A stretch of DNA of 64,000 nt from Candidatus Izemoplasmatales bacterium (GTDB taxonomy: Bacteria; Bacillota_I; Bacilli_A; Izemoplasmatales; Hujiaoplasmataceae), in the NCBI GenBank assembly GCA_050949045.1, contig JBMNEZ010000001.1, forward strand, positions 1,152,001 to 1,216,000. The letters are read 5' to 3'. Shown here one piece after another: positions 55,955 to 64,000 of the stretch. The first letter of the stretch is position 1, and every line of letters starts with the position of its first letter. The translations under genes were made by a program, and so were the position numbers. Under the pieces are notes generated by a model. The model did no database searches. It worked only from the letters and a program-made list of their open reading frames with translations, and had not been told where the DNA came from.

Positions 55955-57037
55955 TTACTTAAGCAACTCGCCGTCAAGGTTGAAGAGATGCATTTTCTCT
56001 GGCTTGACCGTGAAATACACGGTTTGCCCGCTTTTAATCCGATATGAAGCGTCAACAATGGCTTTGAATGATTTTTTGTCCAGAAGCGTTTCTTCTTCTC
56101 CGGGCATGTCAATGATTAGCGTCGTGTCACGACCGATAGTTTCGACTAGGTTGACATCGAACATTACTTTGCTTTTTTGTTCGGTATCAACATTGAATCC
56201 CTCGGGGCGGATGCCGATGATAACTTTTTGGTCCGGTAGTTTTGTTTTCGCAATCGCCATATTTTCAATATAGATATCTTTGTTTTTTATTTCTCCTTCA
56301 AAAACATTGATTTGTGGATTACCAAGGAACTTGGCGACAAACAAATTGGCAGGAAAATCATAAACACTCTGAGGTTCGCCCATTTGCTGGATGACGCCGT
56401 CTTTCATAACAACGATCTCATCAGAAATCGACATGGCCTCTTCCTGATCGTGGGTGACAAAAACAGTCGTGATCCCTGTCTCTCTCTGGATCCGTTTGAT
56501 CTCTTCTCTTGTTTGGAGCCTTAAGCGGGCATCGAGATTGGACAAGGGTTCGTCAAGCAGAAGTACGCGCGGTTTCTTAACAAGAGCTCTCGCGATGGCG
56601 ACGCGTTGTTGTTGTCCGCCAGAAAGCTCTTTTGGCTTTCGATCGAGCATTTCCTGAAGGCCGACAAGCTCGGCCATTTCATATGTTCGGCGTTTAGCTT
56701 CTTCTTTTTCAACTTTGAGGTTTTGCAGCGGAAACAAAATATTCTCTCTAACAGTCATGTGCGGGTACAAAGCGTAGTTTTGAAAAACAAGGCCTATGCC
56801 CCGCTTTTCTGGTGGCATTTCCGACACTTCATCCGTATCAAAATAAATTTGCCCCTCTGTTTGCCTCAGCAAACCGGCGATGAGATATAGTGTCGTCGAT
56901 TTGCCGCAACCCGAGGGGCCTAGAAGGCCTACCAGTTTTCCCGAGGGAATGGTCAAATCGACATGGTCTACGGCGTGAACTTCTTTTTTGTTTTTGCTAA
57001 TGAAGATTTTTGTCAGATTTTCCATTCTGATTTCCAT
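55955..57037 (-). CDS. ABC ATPase (MalK/MsmX-like)
   Basis: GPSGCGKST, VFQNYALYPHM, LSGGQQQR, LLLDEPLSNLD, VTHDQEEA. Confidence 0.95.
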   Translation of the reverse strand: MEIRMENLTKIFISKNKKEVHAVDHVDLTIPSGKLVGLLGPSGCGKSTTLYLIAGLLRQTEGQIYFDTDEVSEMPPEKRGIGLVFQNYALYPHMTVRENILFPLQNLKVEKEEAKRRTYEMAELVGLQEMLDRKPKELSGGQQQRVAIARALVKKPRVLLLDEPLSNLDARLRLQTREEIKRIQRETGITTVFVTHDQEEAMSISDEIVVMKDGVIQQMGEPQSVYDFPANLFVAKFLGNPQINVFEGEIKNKDIYIENMAIAKTKLPDQKVIIGIRPEGFNVDTEQKSKVMFDVNLVETIGRDTTLIIDMPGEEETLLDKKSFKAIVDASYRIKSGQTVYFTVKPEKMHLFNLDGELLK

Positions 57038-57210
57038 ATTTCAGTCTCCTATCGTAACATAACTTCATTTAATTATAGCATTTGACTGTTAATGTTTTAT
57101 ATATTTCATATATAAATTATGTAAAAAGAAGCAATAATTCACCAATTTTCTCAATAATTGCTCAAAAAAAAGGGGGATACTATCAGTTAAGAATATTATA
57201 CCCCTTTGAT

Positions 57211-57543
57211 TTACATTCCTTTAATAATTGACATTGCGAACTGATAAATAATCGACCCTGTGAAATTGTCGATAAGGTTCTGGATAATCCCTTTTTCCCA
57301 GAGAAAATAACCGATCACTCCAAGAACCGCGAGAACCAAAAACAGTTTGAAGAATTTTTTGATGAAAACAAATAAGCCGACGAGGGTAAAAATCCCGAGA
57401 AAAAGTATGATTCCGCCCTGAGCCCAGACAGGAAGCCCATTGAGTAAATCCAAAACCTTTTCAACATATGGCTGTAAGAACCCCTCGATTGTTTCCATAA
57501 TCGCCAAGAGAAGCATTTCCGAACCGAAAACCATTTGCCACAC
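57211..57543 (-). CDS. Small hypothetical membrane protein
   Basis: 110-aa ORF with two hydrophobic helices; start uncertain. Confidence 0.65.
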   Translation of the reverse strand: MWQMVFGSEMLLLAIMETIEGFLQPYVEKVLDLLNGLPVWAQGGIILFLGIFTLVGLFVFIKKFFKLFLVLAVLGVIGYFLWEKGIIQNLIDNFTGSIIYQFAMSIIKGM

Positions 57544-57639
57544 CTCTTTATATTTAACTTTATTTTTATGTTATTAAAAATTGGGTAATGATATTATAAC
57601 ATACTACTTATCTTTTAGAGAAGCCGGTTTTTCTGTTTT

Positions 57640-58239
57640 CTAAAACTTGCGTCTATATTCAAGCGCTTTAGCAAGAGTTTTATCGTCCGCATATTCCAAA
57701 TTTCCTCCAACCGGCATCCCATAGCCAATTCTTGTCACAAGAACATCGGTATTGGTGATGACCCGGTGGATATACATTGCCGTGGTTTCTCCTTCTTGGG
57801 TTGCGGAAGTGGCAATGATGACTTCCTTGACCTGCTCCTCGGCAATCCTATTCCAAAGACTTTTCAGGTTTAAGTCATCAGGACCAACGCCGTCGACTGG
57901 AGAGATCGCCCCGTGAAGAACGTGGTAACGTCCATGATACTTTCCCAATTTTTCGATGGCAAAAACGTCTTTGGGTGATTCTACGACTAAAATGGTTCCT
58001 TTATCGCGATTGTTATCGGCGCATACTGAACAGGGATCAACATCGGTCAGATGCCCGCAAATGGAGCACCTGCCGATTTTCGATTTGACAGAGGCCAATG
58101 CTTTGGAAAAGGCATCAAGATCTTCTTGACTGATTTTCCCAAGTGTATGTAAAGCGTAACGCTCTGCGGTTTTTCTGCCCACCCCCGGATATTTCATGAA
58201 ATGGAAAATGAGCTCTTCAAGCGCGTTTGGGTAGTTCAT
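57640..58239 (-). CDS. recR: Recombination mediator RecR
   Basis: PGVGRKTAER, C4 zinc finger, YHVLHG.ISP.DG, EGETTA.Y, LEYAD. Confidence 0.97.
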   Translation of the reverse strand: MNYPNALEELIFHFMKYPGVGRKTAERYALHTLGKISQEDLDAFSKALASVKSKIGRCSICGHLTDVDPCSVCADNNRDKGTILVVESPKDVFAIEKLGKYHGRYHVLHGAISPVDGVGPDDLNLKSLWNRIAEEQVKEVIIATSATQEGETTAMYIHRVITNTDVLVTRIGYGMPVGGNLEYADDKTLAKALEYRRKF

Positions 58240-58547
58240 CAGAAGAGTCCGGGAAACTTCATTCCTTGTGCTAGTGAACCAAGCGTTTCCTCCATCTCCC
58301 GATCAACTTTTCTGAATGCGTCATTGAGAGCAGCAATAATCAGGTCTTGAATCATATTGATATCATCGGTATCAATCTCGTCTTTTTTGATCTCAATCGA
58401 CATAACTTCCTTGGTTCCCTTTACAGCAACTTTGACAACCGACCCTCCGGCCTGGCCAAAAAATGTGGAGTCATTGATCTCTTTTTGTGCTTTTTTGAGA
58501 TCTTCCTGCATCTGCTGGATTTTCTTGATCATTTGCGGATTAATCAT
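58239..58547 (-). CDS. ybaB: YbaB/EbfC nucleoid-associated protein
   Basis: QQMQ, AGG..VKV...G, DLIIAALNDA; lies between dnaX and recR. Confidence 0.93.
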   Translation of the reverse strand: MINPQMIKKIQQMQEDLKKAQKEINDSTFFGQAGGSVVKVAVKGTKEVMSIEIKKDEIDTDDINMIQDLIIAALNDAFRKVDREMEETLGSLAQGMKFPGLF

Positions 58548-58570
58548 AATATCTATCACCTCTTAAAAGG

Positions 58571-60412
58571 CTATTTTTTAATTTTGACGAAGTCGCCGAA
58601 TAATTCCACAGCATCGGCGATAACTTTTTGCTCTTCCTTTTTTGCCGCCTCTTTGGTTTCTTGCGACATATCGCGAAGATCGTCGCAGACGATGGGCGAT
58701 AATTTAATGTCTCGTTTGCCTTGGCGCCATTGAGACACGAATTCCTCGGAAATACTTGAGAATAAATCCTCGGGAAGAGCAATGTAATCGATTTTACGGT
58801 CGAAAGTCTTGTGAAGAACTTCTTTAACAATCTCTTTGACACCCGGTTGCATCAACTCATTGCAGAGACTGGGCCCGGCAAATGTTAAGATAATATTTTT
58901 ATACGCACTGGCGGCGACCACGCCGCTTTCAAGTTTTAAAGCATATTGGCGATAGGTCCCTCCGAGATGGGTTTTCCCAAGCCGGTACCAATTATCGTTT
59001 AGATAAACTTTGTCTTCGCGGCTTCCGTTGTTGAGAACCTTTTCGACAAATTCAATTTTATAGGTATTGGCAATATCGCCGCAGTATTCTATGGTTTCTG
59101 ATGGTTGCGGTTTGCTTTCTTCTTGGAATTCGTTTTCATCATCCTTTTCATCGCGTAAAGCGATATCAACCGGTTCGATATTGTTTTTTTGTTTTACCTT
59201 TGGTAAAACAATTTTTTCAATGTCTTTGCTGGGTTCTATAATTTTCTCCGGTTTGGCTTTCAGCGTCTCCAAACTGGTCAATCTATTATCCAATTGTTCG
59301 ATTTCATTGAGAATCTTAGCGATGCTTTCGGTTTCGACATCCGCCATTCTGATAAAAGCGAGCTCCAAATAGAGCCTCGGGGCGTTGCTCCATTTGATTT
59401 CGTTAATCGCCTTGATCAAGATGTCGATATTGAAAAAGACGCGCTGATTGCTGATTGATTTGGCAATCGATCGAAATCTTTCATTATTGAAAACCATGTT
59501 GTTGCCATTAAGATTGCCAACGTTTTTGTACATTAGGACGTTTCGCAATAAATCAAGAAGGCTGAGAGCAATTTTTTGTACTTCTTTACCTTCAGTGATC
59601 AACTCATTCATAGCTTTGATGGCCTTCGTTGAATCCATGGCAAAGATGGCTTCAACAATCTCCATTTGTTTCTCAAAAGGCACGGCACCACAAATCTGAT
59701 TTACATCATCCATTTTGATGTATTCAGGGCTGAACGCCTGGGCTTGATCCAAAAGACTGATTGCGTCGCGGAGCGACCCTTCGGCGAAGACGGTGATCTG
59801 TTCCAAAGCATCTTCGTCGATGGTGATTTTCTCTTTGAGAATAATCTCGTGTAACTTTCCCAAAATATCGGGATTGGCGATTGTTTTGAAGTCAAACCGC
59901 TGACATCTTGAATGGATGGTTAAAGGAATTTTTTGAGGTTCGGTCGTGCAAAGGATAAAAATGACATGGACGGGCGGCTCTTCAAGCGTCTTGAGAAGCG
60001 CGTTGAAAGCTCCTAGAGAAAGCATGTGGACTTCATCGATGATGTAGACTTTATATTTCACATACCCCGGAAGATATTTGACTTTGTCTCTAATTTCCCT
60101 GATTTCATCGACGCCGTTGTTGCTTGCGGCATCGATTTCAATAATGTCGCTAATTGTTCCGTCTTGGATTCCCAGACAGTTTTGACACTCATTGCACGGA
60201 TTGGCAACCGGAGCACGCTCACAGTTGATTGCCTTGGCGAAAATCTTGGCAATGGACGTTTTCCCAGTGCCTCTGGGACCGCTGAAAAGATAAGCGTGAG
60301 ACACTTTGTTGGTCTGAAGCGCGTTTTGCAAAGTTGTCGTGATGTGTCTCTGGCCGGCGACTTCGGTGAAGTTTGTCGGCCGGTGAATCCTGTATAGGGC
60401 TTTGTAACTCAT
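58571..60412 (-). CDS. dnaX: DNA polymerase III subunit gamma/tau
   Basis: YKALYR..RP, GPRGTGKT, EIDAASNNGVD, IIDEVHML, SRCQRF, GSLRDA. Confidence 0.97.
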   Translation of the reverse strand: MSYKALYRIHRPTNFTEVAGQRHITTTLQNALQTNKVSHAYLFSGPRGTGKTSIAKIFAKAINCERAPVANPCNECQNCLGIQDGTISDIIEIDAASNNGVDEIREIRDKVKYLPGYVKYKVYIIDEVHMLSLGAFNALLKTLEEPPVHVIFILCTTEPQKIPLTIHSRCQRFDFKTIANPDILGKLHEIILKEKITIDEDALEQITVFAEGSLRDAISLLDQAQAFSPEYIKMDDVNQICGAVPFEKQMEIVEAIFAMDSTKAIKAMNELITEGKEVQKIALSLLDLLRNVLMYKNVGNLNGNNMVFNNERFRSIAKSISNQRVFFNIDILIKAINEIKWSNAPRLYLELAFIRMADVETESIAKILNEIEQLDNRLTSLETLKAKPEKIIEPSKDIEKIVLPKVKQKNNIEPVDIALRDEKDDENEFQEESKPQPSETIEYCGDIANTYKIEFVEKVLNNGSREDKVYLNDNWYRLGKTHLGGTYRQYALKLESGVVAASAYKNIILTFAGPSLCNELMQPGVKEIVKEVLHKTFDRKIDYIALPEDLFSSISEEFVSQWRQGKRDIKLSPIVCDDLRDMSQETKEAAKKEEQKVIADAVELFGDFVKIKK

Positions 60413-60521
60413 CAGTCATCGCCTTTCTCATTGTAAGTGTTTCAACCACTGATTTTTAATTTAACAGAAACACTTGAAATGTATAACGGTAACATAAGGT
60501 TAAACTATCATTGTTATTATA

Positions 60522-61034
60522 CTACAATCGGCCTTCTTTTTCACTTGTCGCTTGTGATTTACCTAAAGATTCACGTACCTCTCTTACGTGTTCGATTACA
60601 AATTTCATCGCTCTTGCCTCGAGCGTTTGCGAACGGAATCTTTTTTCCAGTTTTTCGAGCGTCCATTGTTCATTTTCGCCGTTTTTGGCTATTTGATATG
60701 CAATCTTCAATGAACCTTGAAATTTTTGATCCTGTTGAAGTTTCCGGTAGTCCTCGAGAATAAAAACTTTTGATTCATGCATTTTTTTATTGATCTCTTG
60801 TATAAAATCAGCTTCGTAATCGACTTTTTGTTTCTTCCTGGCAATCTTATCAAGCAAAAAATCGCCCAACCAGTAGATGCCGGTAAAAACAAGTGGAACA
60901 AAAAACAGACTGGTTAATTCAGATATTTTCGCTCTGTTTGTCAAAACCATATATAATGTGTAACCCGCTACGATTATCGTTGACAATAGAAAAATGAATA
61001 AATAGTATTTTAGCGGTTTCAACTGTCTCTTCAT
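60522..61034 (-). CDS. Hypothetical protein with two N-terminal TMs
   Basis: 170-aa ORF, hydrophobic N-terminus, charged C-terminus. Confidence 0.7.
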   Translation of the reverse strand: MKRQLKPLKYYLFIFLLSTIIVAGYTLYMVLTNRAKISELTSLFFVPLVFTGIYWLGDFLLDKIARKKQKVDYEADFIQEINKKMHESKVFILEDYRKLQQDQKFQGSLKIAYQIAKNGENEQWTLEKLEKRFRSQTLEARAMKFVIEHVREVRESLGKSQATSEKEGRL

Positions 61035-61100
61035 GTTATCACCCAAAAGTATTATACAATAATAACTCTATATTATGATAAAATAATCATGGTGATCAAT

Positions 61101-62450
61101 ATGATTTTGGATACAATCGTGGGAAAAGCAACCGCATCCGGGCCTGCGGCTCTCAATGTCATCCGCATTTCCGGTGATGAGGCTATCAAGATTGTCGCTT
61201 CTATCTTCAAAGGCCCCAATCTGTTATTGGTTGAAAACAATACCGTAAACTACGGACACATCATCGACAAAAACTCTGTCATTGATGAAGTAATGGCATC
61301 TGTTTTTCGTAGACCACGGTCTTTCACTTCCGAAGACACGGTGGAAATAACCTGTCATGGTGGTGATTTTGTGGCTGCCGAAATCATCAGGCTTTTGATT
61401 AGGCAAGGCGCAAGATTAGCGTATCCGGGAGAATTCACCAGAAGGGCTTTTCAAAATGGCCGTATCGATCTCACCGAGGCGGAAGGGATCATGGATGTGA
61501 TTAATGCCAGAACAAACATTCAATTATCCCTTGCCCAAAACGCAATTGGAGGGCAAACGAAAACGGAAATCAAAAAAATGCAAGATGAATTGATTTCAAT
61601 GATAGCAGAAATCGAAGTCAATATTGATTATCCCGAATACGATGATGCCCCGATAATCACAAACAGGCTCATCTTTTCGCGTCTTGAACCTTTGATTAAA
61701 GAAATCAACTTCTTTATTCAAAACTCCTCAACCGGCAAAATCATCCGTGACGGTATTAAAACTGTAATTGTTGGAAAACCTAATGTGGGAAAATCATCAC
61801 TCCTCAATTCGCTCATCAAAGAGGACAAGGCGATTGTGACCGAGATTTCGGGAACTACAAGGGACTTGGTTGAAGCCGAACTTAATTTGAATGGACTCTT
61901 AATTAAACTAATCGATACTGCTGGAATACGTGATACCAGCGATTTTATCGAAAGCATCGGTATCGAAAAAACCAAAAAAGCGATTTCTGAAAGCGATTTG
62001 ATTCTCTTGGTCCTTGATCAAAGCGACCACCTGACCGAGCTGGATTTCCAATTGCTCGACCTCACCAAAGACAAACGACGAATCTTGGTTGGCAACAAAG
62101 TCGATCTGGGAGCGAGAGCGGAGCTGGAAAACGAAAACATAATATCGGTTTCCGCTAAAAAAAATATCGGACTCGATAAACTGGGCAAAGCAGTTGAATC
62201 TCTCTTTCTTGGAAAATATCAGTCTAATCGGGATATGGTGCTTTTTTCCAACGCTAGGCACATCGCAATACTTGAAAAAGTGTTTTCTTCCCTTTGTTCA
62301 GCTAAAAAGGCGGCTTTGGACGGTATGCCCATTGACATCATCGGGATTGATCTCAACGAAGCTTGGCGCCTTCTTGGCGAAATAACCGGCGAAACCGCCA
62401 ACGATTTGTTGCTTGATACTTTGTTTTCTAGGTTTTGCCTCGGTAAATAA
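61101..62450 (+). CDS. mnmE: tRNA modification GTPase (TrmE)
   Basis: GEFTRRAF.NGRIDL, GKPNVGKSS, GTTRD, DTAG, NKVD, C-terminal FCLGK. Confidence 0.97.
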   Translation: MILDTIVGKATASGPAALNVIRISGDEAIKIVASIFKGPNLLLVENNTVNYGHIIDKNSVIDEVMASVFRRPRSFTSEDTVEITCHGGDFVAAEIIRLLIRQGARLAYPGEFTRRAFQNGRIDLTEAEGIMDVINARTNIQLSLAQNAIGGQTKTEIKKMQDELISMIAEIEVNIDYPEYDDAPIITNRLIFSRLEPLIKEINFFIQNSSTGKIIRDGIKTVIVGKPNVGKSSLLNSLIKEDKAIVTEISGTTRDLVEAELNLNGLLIKLIDTAGIRDTSDFIESIGIEKTKKAISESDLILLVLDQSDHLTELDFQLLDLTKDKRRILVGNKVDLGARAELENENIISVSAKKNIGLDKLGKAVESLFLGKYQSNRDMVLFSNARHIAILEKVFSSLCSAKKAALDGMPIDIIGIDLNEAWRLLGEITGETANDLLLDTLFSRFCLGK

Positions 62451-62466
62451 TGTTTCACGTGAAACA
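62451..62466. promoter_or_regulatory. parS: parS centromere-like site
   Basis: Perfect palindrome TGTTTCACGTGAAACA matching the Spo0J/ParB consensus. Confidence 0.92.
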
Positions 62467-62480
62467 TCATAATATACATA

Positions 62481-62522
62481 AAGGCGCAATCCGATATTTG
62501 TTGATCTGGACTGCGCCTTTTT
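62481..62522. terminator. Bidirectional terminator between mnmE and the TtcA-like gene
   Basis: AAAGGCGCA...TGCGCCTTTTT inverted repeat. Confidence 0.7.
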
Positions 62523-62524
62523 CG

Positions 62525-63340
62525 TCAGTATTGATCCAAAAACGAGTGTTTTTCCTGTTCATCATAGTATCCTAGAACGTTCTTGATATTCACGTTCTCT
62601 GCAGATCGGAAGATGTTGATGTCAATGTTCTTATATTTCTCGAGCATTGACTCTATCATTTTTTTGATTTCGTTTCTCTTAGAATCCATATTAATTTCCT
62701 CAGCCGGACACCCGCCCCCGCTTATATTGATATCATGATATCGGGAAAATTTGATTATATCTTTTTCTTTTATTAAGTACATCGGCCTAATCAATTCCAT
62801 GTTTTCATAATTTTCGGCTTTCGCTTTTGGCAACATCGTCTTGAAGCAACCGGCATAGAAAATATTTAGAAGTGTCGTTTCGATAACGTCGTTAAAATGG
62901 TGTCCAAGCGCAAGTTTATTGCATCCGAGTTCTTTGGCTTTGCCATAAAGAACGCCTCTTCGCATCCTTGCGCAGAGATAACAAGGAGAATCCGGAGACA
63001 TCGTCTTGGCTGCCGCAAACAACTTTGTGGGATAAACAGAGGGCGCCATCCCCAGCTTTTCACAATTATTTTTATGGGTTCTTAAAGCATCCTCGGTATA
63101 GCCGGGATCAATGGTGATCAATTTCATCTCAAAATCAAGTTGCCCGTATTTTTTAAAGGTCTGAAAAAGTTTGGCAAGAAGCAATGAATCCTTGCCGCCG
63201 CTGATTGCCACGGCAATCACATCGCCATTATCAATTAATTTGTAATCGCTGATCGCTTTTACGAATTTGGAGTACAAAGAGCCTTTAAAAGATTTCATCA
63301 GACTTCTTTCTATCATCGTTTCTCGTGATAATTGTCGCAT
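62525..63340 (-). CDS. TtcA-family PP-loop tRNA thiolation protein
   Basis: SGGKDS, PCYLCARMRRG.LY, ALGHHFND, LIRP. Confidence 0.88.
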   Translation of the reverse strand: MRQLSRETMIERSLMKSFKGSLYSKFVKAISDYKLIDNGDVIAVAISGGKDSLLLAKLFQTFKKYGQLDFEMKLITIDPGYTEDALRTHKNNCEKLGMAPSVYPTKLFAAAKTMSPDSPCYLCARMRRGVLYGKAKELGCNKLALGHHFNDVIETTLLNIFYAGCFKTMLPKAKAENYENMELIRPMYLIKEKDIIKFSRYHDINISGGGCPAEEINMDSKRNEIKKMIESMLEKYKNIDINIFRSAENVNIKNVLGYYDEQEKHSFLDQY

Positions 63341-63510
63341 AATACGCCTCCTTGGTACTCAATTATTATACAATGTTTTATAAAACAAGTAAATTGTTTC
63401 GTTATTGTAAATAATTTAAAATATTTGTAAATAATTATTGAGTTGTCCATAATCGGATGATATAATTATTAATAGAAAAAGATATGATTGTAATGGGGGG
63501 AAAGATAATA

Positions 63511-63894
63511 ATGAATTTCACCTGGGCTTCAAAAAAACCTCTGGATGAAATTGCAACTTTGTATGAGGCCAACATTACTTTGAATAAGTCTGCAACTTCA
63601 TACTTTGAAAACGCTTATGTGGTGCTTCTTGGACTCGATCGCGACAGTCAGGCAATTGCAATCAAGCCAATCACCAAAGAGGAACTCAAACTCGGCTTCA
63701 TTCCTGAATCCCAGCAGCACAACATAACCGTAAAATCCAGTTATTCTCGTGTCTGCAACAAACTCTTCTTGAAAGAGGTTTCCGATTTAATTGGCTTGGA
63801 ATTTGGCAACAATCAGTCATACAAATTCAAGGCTTCCTGGAACGAGAAGGAAAAGGCTTTGATTATTGATTTGAAGAATAGCGAGGTGGCATAA
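63511..63894 (+). CDS. Hypothetical protein
   Basis: 127-aa ORF with G-rich SD; co-oriented with the next gene. Confidence 0.75.
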   Translation: MNFTWASKKPLDEIATLYEANITLNKSATSYFENAYVVLLGLDRDSQAIAIKPITKEELKLGFIPESQQHNITVKSSYSRVCNKLFLKEVSDLIGLEFGNNQSYKFKASWNEKEKALIIDLKNSEVA

Positions 63895-63896
63895 AG

Positions 63897-64000
63897 ATGT
63901 TTCTCGCTCTTGATTTCGGTACCTTGATGATTTTGATTTGGTTCGCGATTATTATTTTGGCCGGCGTCATTGAGGCGTCGACGATGGATCTGTCCAGCGT
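63897..64000 (+). CDS. Probable NfeD-like membrane protein (runs out of the window)
   Basis: MFLALDFGTLMILIWFAIIILAGVIEASTMDLSS; W...IE..T..L pattern; SD GAGGTG. Confidence 0.55.
   Translation, partial: MFLALDFGTLMILIWFAIIILAGVIEASTMDLSS

Overview
This is mostly a housekeeping, origin-proximal chromosome segment from a low-GC Bacillota or wall-less-lineage bacterium using genetic code 11. Gene content and lipoprotein style suggest an Izemoplasmatales/Acholeplasmatales-like organism (inference only). In order it holds: the 3' part of a membrane pyrophosphatase plus xylA-xylB; a small accessory patch at the 3' end of an 11-tRNA operon (two unknown lipoproteins, a DUF2779-like dual nuclease, an AT-rich integrase remnant, an XRE repressor); mnmG-rsmG-[two unknown membrane proteins]-parA-parB; SRP RNA, tadA, tdk, rpmE; malic enzyme and maf; tilS-hpt-ftsH-S4-ZnuA-like-lysS; fba; M32 peptidase-tldD-pmbA; rpoE-pyrG with an apparent attenuator; a Na/Pi transporter; tandem DHH phosphoesterases; a purine riboswitch before guaA-guaB; a six-gene ABC transporter/thermonuclease/lamin-tail lipoprotein operon; dnaX-ybaB-recR; mnmE followed by a perfect parS; and a TtcA-like gene. 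The best candidates for something under-described are (1) the two 399-aa membrane proteins with degenerate HD/HD-GYP-like C-termini coupled directly to parA-parB and (2) the extracellular DNA capture, cleavage and import operon with an apparently non-catalytic 1115-aa OB/Ig/LTD lipoprotein. I saw no CRISPR array, rRNA or intact mobile element. All family calls come from reading motifs by eye, not from database searches.
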